Source: Candidatus Zambryskibacteria bacterium RIFCSPLOWO2_01_FULL_39_39 (GTDB lineage: Bacteria; Patescibacteriota; Minisyncoccia; Phycocordibacterales; WO2-35-19). Taken from it: a stretch of 58,494 nucleotides of DNA. The notes beneath the pieces are model-generated. The model worked only from the letters and a program-made list of their open reading frames with translations. It had not been told where the DNA came from and did no database searches. Where the stretch lies: the NCBI GenBank assembly GCA_001823925.1, contig MHWB01000002.1, positions 2,376 through 60,869 of the forward strand, given 5' to 3'. Below are positions 1 to 8,806 of this stretch, piece after piece. The translations under genes were made by a program, and so were the position numbers. The stretch's first letter is position 1. The number at the start of each line of letters is the position of its first letter.

Positions 1-660
1 TTTTATTAGACCTTTCAAAGTATGTGGATGACAACGTCGTATATGATCATGTTTCGGACAAGGGCATGGCGTATGACCTTTAATATTAGATCTCTGTAGT
101 AAAAGAGGCTTCACCTTTTTCCACAAAAGAAACTCTTGAGATATTATTTGTAAACACTCTTTCGCTTTCTCAAGGGTTGGATTTTTAGAGAATGCTTCTA
201 GTGAGCCCACACCACCATGGGCATATTCAAACCATGGCCAGTGTCGTTTTTCTGTAAAGAAAAGTTGGCCATAAAGAAACGGTATGACTAGCTCTCGAAA
301 ATACCGCTGAAACTGAAACTCTGGTTGTAGAAACTCATCCTCTTCAAGAGGATTACAGGTGCATCCGCTAGAGTCGGTTTGATTGAAATGTCGATCTGGT
401 ACGTTTTCTATTTCATCAACAAATAGAGCAGGTAGCTTTGAGTGAGAAATGTCGTTTCTTACTTCAATTCGGATTTTGAATCTGCCGTAGAGGCGCACGC
501 CACCAACAGCATCAATTGTATTTTCTTCAATTTGTAGAAAACGCTCAGTATGTTCGTTGTAGGTGGCAGTGAACTCTATCTCTCCAGATATTTTCTCTGC
601 TTTGACTTCGAACTGTGGGTACTTCTTTGATAGCCACGCTTTATCTTTTTCTGTCAACAT
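1..660 (-). CDS. E2-like (ubiquitin-conjugating fold) protein with C-terminal SEC-C-like Cys/His motif, CBASS ancillary; 3' end truncated by the window
   Basis: Not in the ORF track. Manual translation from ATG at 660 (ATGTTGA overlap with the CD-NTase stop) stays open for 220 codons to base 1: MLTEKDKAWLSKKYPQF...PDRHFNQTDSSGCTC...LVIPFLYGQ...WPWFEYAHG..G..E...CPCPKHDHIRRCH. The HxN...C spacing resembles an E2 active site; CPCx7CH resembles SEC-C. Confidence 0.7.
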   Translation of the reverse strand, partial: MLTEKDKAWLSKKYPQFEVKAEKISGEIEFTATYNEHTERFLQIEENTIDAVGGVRLYGRFKIRIEVRNDISHSKLPALFVDEIENVPDRHFNQTDSSGCTCNPLEEDEFLQPEFQFQRYFRELVIPFLYGQLFFTEKRHWPWFEYAHGGVGSLEAFSKNPTLEKAKECLQIISQEFLLWKKVKPLLLQRSNIKGHTPCPCPKHDHIRRCHPHTLKGLIK

Positions 661-1568
661 ATAACAGCACAGTGTGGAGAGTGCGGAGTGAACCCAGTAT
701 TGGGGTGGCGAGTAGATGGGGATGGAATCGGAGATATTAATGGAGCATAATATCCTTTATCATCTTCCTCGCGAAATACGACTTGCCAGTCGGCAAGTTC
801 ATTAGATTCCCCAATTACATCAAGAGTTTCTTTTGCTGCCTGGGCTACCATAATTTTTTCAGATGGTTGTACAAGTTGTGACAAAATATTATTTGAGTTC
901 GCTGGATCGACTAGTTGCAATGTGTCGAATTCATCTCTGAGTGCTTCGAGTACCTGACGGAAAGATTTCATGAGATTTAACTTGTCGCGTGATCCAGTAA
1001 GAGCGCGAACAACGAATAACTCTAGAATGAATGTTTTAATGACAATATTGTTCCGGTACGCCCAGAGTTTTGCAAGCCTTATCACAGACACACACCCGCT
1101 GTTGACGATGTGATTTATATGAACTTTTAGGTTCGTTTGCATACGTTCTTTATCTCCATAAGCCACATGGAGAAATACGTCATCCGTATTTTCAATAAAG
1201 CGTCCTGGTACCACGTCGATGTGGTAACTATTTGGCACGGTAGATCCACGCAAATTTGTTATCCGCTCCGCAGAAGCCTTAGACTGAATAATGTAACTCT
1301 TCTTTAAATGAGCTGAGACATCCTCGCGGATTTCCTTGAGTGAGCGAGTATCAGTATTAGGAAAGTAACAAACAACATCGAGGTCATACTGATCCGCAAT
1401 CATAGTCCCTTTCTCGCGTGAGCCTGCGTATTTAATTTTTGGATCGCTTCCAAATTCTAAACGAAGAAAGTCAGTGACTTCTTTCTTATGTGCTTGTAAT
1501 GTGTTTTCCTGCTCAGCAGACAATTCCTGTGTCTCGAGCAATTCCTGTAAAAATTCTTCTGATGTCAT
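654..1568 (-). CDS. CD-NTase (cGAS/DncV-like, SMODS) nucleotidyltransferase of CBASS
   Basis: GS...GT...DLD Pol-beta motif (YAGSREKGTMIADQYDLDVV), third Asp in IDVVP, LVDPANSNN motif; adjacent to a SAVED effector. Confidence 0.85.
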   Translation of the reverse strand: MTSEEFLQELLETQELSAEQENTLQAHKKEVTDFLRLEFGSDPKIKYAGSREKGTMIADQYDLDVVCYFPNTDTRSLKEIREDVSAHLKKSYIIQSKASAERITNLRGSTVPNSYHIDVVPGRFIENTDDVFLHVAYGDKERMQTNLKVHINHIVNSGCVSVIRLAKLWAYRNNIVIKTFILELFVVRALTGSRDKLNLMKSFRQVLEALRDEFDTLQLVDPANSNNILSQLVQPSEKIMVAQAAKETLDVIGESNELADWQVVFREEDDKGYYAPLISPIPSPSTRHPNTGFTPHSPHCAVIC

Positions 1569-1578
1569 AATATTTTTA

Positions 1579-2727
1579 TTAATTAATTTTTAATGTCTTC
1601 CTCCAACCTCCTTGACTTCGACTGAAGTCATATATATGTATAGCGGGGTCGGCTTTGGGTAAAATCTCCTGCCCACACGCAACCGCAACCGATACAGGTA
1701 CCGCCGGGAAAAGATGTATGTTTATATTTCCTCCATGCTTCGCTCTAATTTTGGATAATATATTCCGATAGGCCGTCCTGAACCCGCTAAGTTTTTCCCG
1801 AGTATCCATAAAAAGTGGTGAAGGATTAGCCACTGAGATTTCATAAACGGGAATACTTCTACCAATAATGTTACTTACTTCTGTATGTGCTGGTTTGCCA
1901 CTAATTGAGAGAATAAGTGCGACATCGGTGCTTGCTTCCATATCTGACAAAGCTATGTTGTAAAGAAACGTGTCACTTGAATCCTTCCACTTCCAGCCTG
2001 ATCCCTCTCTGTGAAGCTGAAATATGTCCGTAGGTCTAGTATTTGCTAATGTTTTGCCGAAGTGCATAAGGAGAGGAATAGGCGCGAACGCAAAAACAGA
2101 AAGATGTTCTGTATATTCCTGTTCATTACCCTTAGGGAGTCTTTGAATTAGGCTAGTTGAGATCTCGTTGGCAATCTTTTCCCATTCGGCCTCTGTTGTA
2201 GGCTCGCCCAATATGGTCATGTCTATACGCACTCCAGTGAGATCAGTTGGGTATCTAGAATCAAGTGCTGCCAACCACATAGCCTCGTTGAATATCTCAG
2301 GTCGTCTTTCTCCAATTGTCGCAAGAAGCACTACAGGTCTCGTCTTCATATTCGAAGCGATCGATGTCTGTAGCTGAATCTTTTCCTCGTGAATTCTTTT
2401 AAACTCCAAAATCTTTTTGACCGTGTATTCATCATGATGCTCGGGACTGTCTACGAGATAATGGTGATCCCGACAGAGCAAAACAAGGTTGTTAATATCT
2501 TTCACAAACTCTCCCGAATCTTCCTCGTGTCTAGCGCCGCCAGGATTAACTGCCTTGATATGTGCCATCTCGGAAAAGTTACCGCCGCTAAGTGTGAGCT
2601 TTTCATGCCACAATTCTTTATTGCATCCTGGAAATGCACAACGTGCACCGGAAATTGCCCACAGTCTGAGCTTGATGTCAGGGGGTATGGAACGATTTGT
2701 CTTTTTTTTAGTAATTTTCTTTTTCAT
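1579..2727 (-). CDS. HNH-SAVED effector nuclease (Cap5-like)
   Basis: N-terminal CAFPGC...AHI...NLVLLCRDHH HNH zinc nuclease; C-terminal SAVED motifs LSVFAFAPIPLLMHFG and IHLFPAVPVSVAVACG. Confidence 0.9.
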   Translation of the reverse strand: MKKKITKKKTNRSIPPDIKLRLWAISGARCAFPGCNKELWHEKLTLSGGNFSEMAHIKAVNPGGARHEEDSGEFVKDINNLVLLCRDHHYLVDSPEHHDEYTVKKILEFKRIHEEKIQLQTSIASNMKTRPVVLLATIGERRPEIFNEAMWLAALDSRYPTDLTGVRIDMTILGEPTTEAEWEKIANEISTSLIQRLPKGNEQEYTEHLSVFAFAPIPLLMHFGKTLANTRPTDIFQLHREGSGWKWKDSSDTFLYNIALSDMEASTDVALILSISGKPAHTEVSNIIGRSIPVYEISVANPSPLFMDTREKLSGFRTAYRNILSKIRAKHGGNINIHLFPAVPVSVAVACGQEILPKADPAIHIYDFSRSQGGWRKTLKIN

Positions 2728-2730
2728 ATA

Positions 2731-3387
2731 TTAAAAGTTTTTGAACGGAATATTTAAATGGGTTAATCGAATTTCAAGAGCTTGTCTGGAAAGACCAAAA
2801 CGGTCTTCAAACTTCTGGAAGCAGTCGTTCAGGTTGAAAGGTAAGAGAGTTTGATCTTGGATAAAACTGAGTTCTCTAAGTATGATTTCCACATCTATTT
2901 TTGGTGCTAGGAGTGCTCCTGCATAAACATTAGCCTGCCACTCTCTACGCACATGCGCCATATCTAACTTCTTTATATTTTTTGATGGATCGGAATGCTT
3001 CCATCCGTTAATGAATCCATTTTTGGTAGAGAATAAAGGCCCGTGCAACGAGAGATGTCTGGCTTCATGGGCAACGGTGAATGAAATCCGCCTCTGGTTT
3101 GTACAGCTGTCATCGATCACCACCTGACGTGTCTCTGGCCGAAGAAAACCTAGAGTATCTTCTGCCTCTGAATCCTGCGGAATCGCTTCAAAACTGACGC
3201 TGAATCCCCAAAGTTCTTGAATGTAATTATCAACATCAAGAAGTGAAGGTGGATTTTTGCCATATTTTTCAGAATATATTTTTCGATACTTTGCCGTGTC
3301 GCCCAAAACCTGAGATTCGATCTCTTCTTTGGTGAGCTGGTATGTGTCAGCCATGGGATTCCAGTTTTTAGCGACTCTTACTTTCAT
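2731..3387 (-). CDS. ImmA/IrrE-family metallopeptidase (CapP-like)
   Basis: RISFTVAHEARH (HExxH) and EWQANVYAGALL motifs. Confidence 0.88.
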   Translation of the reverse strand: MKVRVAKNWNPMADTYQLTKEEIESQVLGDTAKYRKIYSEKYGKNPPSLLDVDNYIQELWGFSVSFEAIPQDSEAEDTLGFLRPETRQVVIDDSCTNQRRISFTVAHEARHLSLHGPLFSTKNGFINGWKHSDPSKNIKKLDMAHVRREWQANVYAGALLAPKIDVEIILRELSFIQDQTLLPFNLNDCFQKFEDRFGLSRQALEIRLTHLNIPFKNF

Positions 3388-3719
3388 AGTTTTTTCTTCT
3401 TAGTCTTTCGGAATAGAAGGGGTTGCGGTTCAAATGCAATGCCGCTTTTTTGAGCACCAGCAATGATTTCATTCTCGAACCGCTCCTTGAAATATAGTTG
3501 GACAAGTTCTTCGTATTCATTTGTGGAAAGAGAATATCCATTTTTCACTTTTTTTAGGAAGTCTATTGATGGCAGAGCCCCCGCTTCAATTTTGCTAATA
3601 TAAGCGTAAAAATGCTTTCCAAAATGTGGCTCCAACTCTTTGTCTAAGCTTCTGGTACTTCGACCTGGAAAGTGAATTTCTCTTAATGACCTTATTTTAT
3701 TTTTGAAATTTTCGTTCAT
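3384..3719 (-). CDS. XRE-family HTH regulator (CapH-like)
   Basis: KIRSLRE...AYISKIEAG..PS pattern; coupled (4-bp overlap) to the IrrE-like peptidase. Confidence 0.7.
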   Translation of the reverse strand: MNENFKNKIRSLREIHFPGRSTRSLDKELEPHFGKHFYAYISKIEAGALPSIDFLKKVKNGYSLSTNEYEELVQLYFKERFENEIIAGAQKSGIAFEPQPLLFRKTKKKKL

Positions 3720-3725
3720 ACTTAC

Positions 3726-3754
3726 AATGTAGCATGTGTAGTCTACAAATGCAA
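3726..3754 (-). promoter_or_regulatory. Sigma70 promoter of the CBASS operon with an internal palindrome (candidate operator)
   Basis: Minus strand TTGCAT-17nt-TACATT, 6 nt before the ATG (leaderless); TGTAG-n-CTACA palindrome at 3737-3747 lies in the spacer. Confidence 0.5.
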
Positions 3755-3853
3755 CAATAAAGGTCTCGACAAATAATATATTTTATTTTCTATTACTAAA
3801 TAGTTCGAATCTCGCCACCATCGACTTTTTAGAGATTTTTGGACATCAAAAAG

Positions 3854-3906
3854 ATGGCTCAAAATATAGGCCTCGGCATAGTCCGATACTAAAAACTAAA
3901 GGCGGA
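3854..3906. repeat. Direct repeat copy 1 (att-like), followed by a degenerate tRNA 3'-end remnant
   Basis: 52/53 identical to 7324-7376. 3901-3930 on the minus strand reads GCTGAGGGTTCAAATACTCAAGCTTCCGCC, resembling a tRNA T-arm/acceptor end. Confidence 0.9.
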
Positions 3907-4063
3907 AGCTTGAGTATTTGAACCCTCAGCATAGCCTCGGCGCTATACGGCCTAAAATATAGTTATTTTTGAAACTCATTTTACTGTAAACAATTTTATT
4001 TGCTTTAAGTCTTACAATCTAATATAATCTCCTATACTCATAGTATGAGATTAACCATATTTT

Positions 4064-5119
4064 ATGGACTATAAATTCAACAAAAGATTGGAAGATTTGC
4101 CTCAATCAATCTGGCAATTAATAAACCAGATTGATGAGATTAAGGGTAGATGGATAGGTGGAGCGGAACTAAATCCACAGGCTTTGGGGCGTCTTAAAAA
4201 ATCAACACTAGTCACTTCTACCGGCGCTTCTACTCGTATTGAAGGCGCCAAACTTTCTGACGAAGATGTGGAGAAATTAATGCGTGGTCTTACCATGCAA
4301 AAATTTAGAGATAGAGATAAACAAGAAGTTAAAGGGTACTACGAGCTTCTCAATAATGTTTTTGAGGCATGGAAAAACATTCCATTTTCTGAAAGTACCG
4401 TAAAACATTTTCACAGAGAACTTCTTAAGTACGTAGAAAAAGACGCGTCCCATAGAGGAGAGTATAAAGGAGTAGAGAATAAAGTTCACATGATTGATGA
4501 AGCTGGTAATTCTATCGGTATACTTTTTGATACCACTTCGGCATTTTTGACTCCCAAAGAAATGCTTGAGTTGACAGAATGGGCACAGCAAACTTTGGCC
4601 GAAAAAGAAGTTCATCCTTTATTAGCCATTGGAAACTTTCTAGTTGAGTTTCTTAATATCCACCCATTTCAAGACGGCAATGGGCGGCTTTCCCGTATCC
4701 TCACAAATCTTCTTATGCTCAAAAATGGCTACCCATACATGCCATATATTTCTCACGAAAAATTAATTGAAGATAATAAAGCTGATTATTATGTAGCTCT
4801 GAGAAGAAGTCAAAAAACTATAAAAACGGAAAAAGAGGATATTACTCCCTGGTTAGAATTTTTCTTGACTATCTTGCTTGAGCAAGCCAAACAAGCTATT
4901 GATCTATTATCTAAAGAAAATATTGAGCTCATTATTTCTCCAAAACAGCTTGTGGTATGGAAATATCTTGAATCTGTAATAGAGGCTACCCCAGGAGAAA
5001 TATCAAAAAATACCAAAGTATCCAGACCAACAGTCTCCCAAGCACTAGATGTTTTGATGCGTCTCAAAAAGGTGAAAAGAGTTGGACAAGGAAGAACGAC
5101 GAGATATAGCAAAATATAA
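4064..5119 (+). CDS. Fic family protein with C-terminal winged-HTH
   Basis: HPFQDGNGRLSR Fic motif; N-terminal STRIEG matches the (S/T)xxxE(G/N) inhibitory motif; C-terminal GQGRTTRY wing. Confidence 0.93.
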   Translation: MDYKFNKRLEDLPQSIWQLINQIDEIKGRWIGGAELNPQALGRLKKSTLVTSTGASTRIEGAKLSDEDVEKLMRGLTMQKFRDRDKQEVKGYYELLNNVFEAWKNIPFSESTVKHFHRELLKYVEKDASHRGEYKGVENKVHMIDEAGNSIGILFDTTSAFLTPKEMLELTEWAQQTLAEKEVHPLLAIGNFLVEFLNIHPFQDGNGRLSRILTNLLMLKNGYPYMPYISHEKLIEDNKADYYVALRRSQKTIKTEKEDITPWLEFFLTILLEQAKQAIDLLSKENIELIISPKQLVVWKYLESVIEATPGEISKNTKVSRPTVSQALDVLMRLKKVKRVGQGRTTRYSKI

Positions 5120-5121
5120 AT

Positions 5122-7263
5122 ATGATCCAGATCAGTGATGATCAGATAAATTTGTACCTATCCATCTTCAAAGGAAGGAGCGACATCTACGCTAGACACT
5201 GGGAGAAAAATGGCAGATCTGGGTATAGCCCAGCGTACTCATTTAACTGGGATGAATTTTTAATTCACAAACAGAAGGGTGGAACGATAAATAGCTTTGG
5301 GAATAAAAAATTAATCCCACTCACAAAAGATATTATCAAGAAGCACTTGCTCGGGGTTACTCTTTTGGGTATATACCCAATTCTTGAAGATAACACGTCG
5401 TATTTTATTGCCGCCGATTTTGATGGAGAAAATTGGTTGGAAGATTCAAGAAAGTATATTGATGTTTGTAAAAAGGTGGGGCTAACAACGTATCTAGAAA
5501 GATCAAAATCTGGTAACGGAGGTCATGTTTGGATTTTTTTTCAAGAAGCATACCCGTGTTACAAAAGTCGAGCTATCGCTACTGAATTAATCAGGCAAGC
5601 TTTAGACTTATCAGTCTTTGAAAAAGAAGTTAGTTTTGATCGGCTCTTCCCAAACCAAGATTCTATACCTCAAGGGGGATTTGGAAATCTCATAGCTTTT
5701 CCGCTTCAAGGAAAATATTTAGGACAAGGCAATTCTGCTTTTATTGATCCTTATACTGTAAAATTGCACCCCGATCAGTGGGAGTTTTTATCTAAAATTC
5801 ACAAACATACAACAGAGGAACTCGATAAAATATTTTATGAAGTAACTGACAATGAAAAAGTTGTCGTACAAAAAAGAAAATCTGCAGACAGGCTGGTAAT
5901 AACTGTCGGCAAAAATATACAAATACCAAGATCAGAACTTGCTCCTGCGACGGTTACATTTCTCAAAGAAAAACTAAACTTTTTAAGCACTGAATATTTG
6001 ACCAGGAAAAGATTAGGTAAGTCGGTATATAAAGTCCAAAAATATTTCAAACTAATCGAAGAATCTGGAGATAATATTTTTCTACCGAGAGGATTCCTGA
6101 ATCAGCTTACGTCTTTTTTAGAATCAAACGGCATAAAATATGAGGTCAATTGTGGGTACCCAGAAATGGAAAATGTTAAATTTAAGAGTCTGATTAAGTT
6201 AACTCCACACCAAGAAGAAGCTCTGGAGAAATCCCTTAAACAAACTCAAGGGGTAATAGTAGCCCCGCCAGGAAGTGGTAAAACCATGATTGGTATGGAG
6301 CTTATCGCAAAGAGAGAATTACCGGCTCTGGTACTGGCTCATAGGAAGCAATTACTAGATCAATGGGTAGACAGGATTCAGACATACCTAAACATTCCAA
6401 AAATCAAAATCGGTACTTTCTCTGGTTCCAGAAAGAAAATTGGAAAAGAAATAACTGTCGCCCTGATGCAGAGTTTGGCAAGGTACAAAAATATTGCAGA
6501 ATTGGAAAATAAATTCGGGACTATCATCGTTGATGAATGCCATCATATACCAGCAAAAACTTTTAGAGAAGTTATTGCGAACTTAAATTCCCAATACTTA
6601 TATGGACTTACCGCTACCCCCAAAAGAAAGCATAACGATGAGCAACTTATTTATGTCTATATTGGAGATATTATTACAGAAATGGCGGGTGGTAATTTCA
6701 GTGAAGAAAACACAGAAAATACCTCTTCCAATAAACTCAAAGTCGTAATCAAGGAAACCGATTTAGAAATTCCGTTCCAATGGAAAACCGATAGATTTCA
6801 GCTTTTGGCTAAAATAATAAGTTTTGATACTGCTAGAAACAAATTGGTAACTGAAGATATTTTGGAACAAGTTAAAGTGGACAATAAAATCCTTGTTTTA
6901 AGCGAAAGGAAAGAGCATTTAGAAATTCTCGAACTCTGTCTTAAAGGTAAATGCGAAACGATTGTAATTTCAGGTGACGACTCTGCCTCAAAAAGAACCT
7001 CAAAACTCAAGCAAATTAATGACGGTCATTACAATGTTATATTATCCACCGGTCAGTTTTTTGGAGAGGGGTTAGATATTAAAAATATTTCAACTCTAGT
7101 TTTAGCCTTTCCATTCTCATTCGAAGGGAAGCTGATTCAGTATATTGGAAGGCTACTGCATAGTGCTAACCCTAAATTTGTTTTTGATTACAGAGACAAG
7201 AAGATAGCTTTTCTAGAAAGACAGTTTAAACAGAGAAATAGATACTACAAAAAGTTGATCTAA
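5122..7263 (+). CDS. AEP primase-like domain (TOTE-type) fused to an SF2 DEAD/DEAH helicase
   Basis: N-terminal FIAADFD, ERSKSGNGGHVWIFF, DRLFPNQD..GNLIAFPLQ; helicase APPGSGKT, DECHH, GLTATP, QYIGR. Confidence 0.85.
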   Translation: MIQISDDQINLYLSIFKGRSDIYARHWEKNGRSGYSPAYSFNWDEFLIHKQKGGTINSFGNKKLIPLTKDIIKKHLLGVTLLGIYPILEDNTSYFIAADFDGENWLEDSRKYIDVCKKVGLTTYLERSKSGNGGHVWIFFQEAYPCYKSRAIATELIRQALDLSVFEKEVSFDRLFPNQDSIPQGGFGNLIAFPLQGKYLGQGNSAFIDPYTVKLHPDQWEFLSKIHKHTTEELDKIFYEVTDNEKVVVQKRKSADRLVITVGKNIQIPRSELAPATVTFLKEKLNFLSTEYLTRKRLGKSVYKVQKYFKLIEESGDNIFLPRGFLNQLTSFLESNGIKYEVNCGYPEMENVKFKSLIKLTPHQEEALEKSLKQTQGVIVAPPGSGKTMIGMELIAKRELPALVLAHRKQLLDQWVDRIQTYLNIPKIKIGTFSGSRKKIGKEITVALMQSLARYKNIAELENKFGTIIVDECHHIPAKTFREVIANLNSQYLYGLTATPKRKHNDEQLIYVYIGDIITEMAGGNFSEENTENTSSNKLKVVIKETDLEIPFQWKTDRFQLLAKIISFDTARNKLVTEDILEQVKVDNKILVLSERKEHLEILELCLKGKCETIVISGDDSASKRTSKLKQINDGHYNVILSTGQFFGEGLDIKNISTLVLAFPFSFEGKLIQYIGRLLHSANPKFVFDYRDKKIAFLERQFKQRNRYYKKLI

Positions 7264-7323
7264 AATATTGAGTTTCGAATCCTCTCGCTATTGGTATATG
7301 AGATATTTTTACGCACCAAAAAT

Positions 7324-7376
7324 ATGGCTCAAAATATAGGCCTCGGCATAGTCCGATACTAAAAACTAAGGGCGGA
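7324..7376. repeat. Direct repeat copy 2, abutting the tRNA-Ser 3' end
   Basis: ATGGCTCAAAATATAGGCCTCGGCATAGTCCGATACTAAAAACTAA(G)GGCGGA, 3470 bp from copy 1. Confidence 0.9.
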
Positions 7377-7457
7377 GGGTAAGAGATTCGAACTCTTGGT
7401 GGGTTGCCCCACACCCGCTTTCCAAGCGAGCGCACTAGACCGCTATGCGAACCCTCC
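7373..7457 (-). tRNA. tRNA-Ser(GGA)
   Basis: GGAGGGT/ACCCTCC acceptor stem, anticodon arm CTCGC-TTGGAAA-GCGGG, long variable arm, GTTCGAATC T-loop, discriminator G; CCA not encoded. Confidence 0.95.
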
Positions 7458-7578
7458 ATAACACTCAAAATCGTAATTTACTTTACGACATATTAATAAT
7501 CTAACACTTAATTAAGCTTTTGAAAAATAGCCTTAAAATGAAAGGTTTAAGTGGTGTTTAGGGATACCTGTTTTTTAG

Positions 7579-7607
7579 TTGACAAGAAAGTTAAAAGGGT
7601 GTATAAT
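7579..7607 (+). promoter_or_regulatory. Consensus sigma70 promoter
   Basis: Perfect TTGACA-17nt-TATAAT upstream of the 7647 ORF, followed by an AAAGGGGA Shine-Dalgarno-like sequence. Confidence 0.8.
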
Positions 7608-7646
7608 AGGTGGTAGAGTAAATCGTTCCTTGAAAGGGGACAAAAA

Positions 7647-8723
7647 ATGACACAAGGGATTATCACCCATCCAAGGCCACATCTTGATGAGATCGTGGCG
7701 ATCTTTCTCCTCTCCCTTTATGGGGAGGAAAAGTATCCCGGAATAAGGGATGCTATTACCAACCGGAAGATTTTTGCTTGTCGCGTCGAAGATCTCGAGG
7801 CGACAGCAGAAGGGTACGAGCAGAGTGGCTACATCATGCTCGGGGTCGGCGGCGGACGGTATGATGAACATGGTGTCAATGGCGAGAGTCGCAAGAAAGG
7901 TGACTGTTGTGCCACCCTGGTTGCCAAAGATCTGGGTGTGGACAAACTCAGGGAACTTTCAAAGATCCTGAAGTTTGTCACCGGGGGTGACCTCAATGGC
8001 AACAGCCAGCCGTTCGATCTGTCGGCCTTGGTCGGCTTGATCAACGGTCAGTATCCGGACGATCCATTTCCGGCCATTGACTTCGCGTTTGCGGCACTCA
8101 ATGCCAAGTACGCGGAGCAATACGACTTTCATGTCATAGCAGGTGAGGAAGCCAAGAAGGCCACCGTGGAGGAAGTATTGACGGCATCTGGCAAGAAATT
8201 GCGGATAGTAACCGTCAAGACCGACTGCGAGGCGGTTGGCAAGTATATCCGTTCGGAGTACGGCGGTGGAGCTGACATCATCATTCAGAAAAATTCTCGA
8301 CGCCAAGTCCAGATTTTCACGGATAAGCGCTCGGGTCTGAACATGACCGACACGGCGCAGATCTTGCGTCTTGTGGAGCAGGAGTCCAAAGATCAGGAGG
8401 TGGTAACCAGCGACTGGAACCTTCTCGCCGGCGAAGGCAAGGTCATTGGAGCCGAAGAGTGGTACTTTTTCCCAACAGGGAACATGCTACTCAATGGTAG
8501 CTTAACCGCTCCCAACACCCCACCCACAAACATCGCGCTCCAAGATATCCAGAGCCTCGTCAAAATCGGGGTGAATGGCATGTTTGAACCGAGTCGGGAA
8601 CAAAAATGTAAGCAAGGAAACTGTTCGTCCCGGCGAGATGATGAGTGCAAGTGGTACGCTTTTGGACTCCAACGTTGTCGAGAAGTTCGGCGACTGGAAT
8701 ATCAAAGGCGACAAACTGCATGA
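7647..8723 (+). CDS. Putative MYG1/DHH-like metal-dependent hydrolase with Cys-rich C-terminus
   Basis: ITHPRPHLDE and GVGGGRYDEH resemble the MYG1 motifs THxxxxHxDE and DVGGxxD..H; visibly higher GC than its neighbours. Confidence 0.5.
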   Translation: MTQGIITHPRPHLDEIVAIFLLSLYGEEKYPGIRDAITNRKIFACRVEDLEATAEGYEQSGYIMLGVGGGRYDEHGVNGESRKKGDCCATLVAKDLGVDKLRELSKILKFVTGGDLNGNSQPFDLSALVGLINGQYPDDPFPAIDFAFAALNAKYAEQYDFHVIAGEEAKKATVEEVLTASGKKLRIVTVKTDCEAVGKYIRSEYGGGADIIIQKNSRRQVQIFTDKRSGLNMTDTAQILRLVEQESKDQEVVTSDWNLLAGEGKVIGAEEWYFFPTGNMLLNGSLTAPNTPPTNIALQDIQSLVKIGVNGMFEPSREQKCKQGNCSSRRDDECKWYAFGLQRCREVRRLEYQRRQTA

Positions 8724-8778
8724 TCATTTCTTAAAATCTCCACAGATTATAAAGTGAGAGCTCAAAGAGCCCCTTTCG

Positions 8779-8806
8779 AAGCTCACCTGAAATATGGTGA
8801 GCTTTT
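8779..8806 (+). terminator. Intrinsic terminator
   Basis: AAGCTCACC-8nt-GGTGAGCTT followed by a T-run, between convergent genes. Confidence 0.65.

Noticed and set aside
7226-7468. 80-aa minus-strand ORF
   Set aside because: It is a translation of tRNA-Ser and the att-like repeat.
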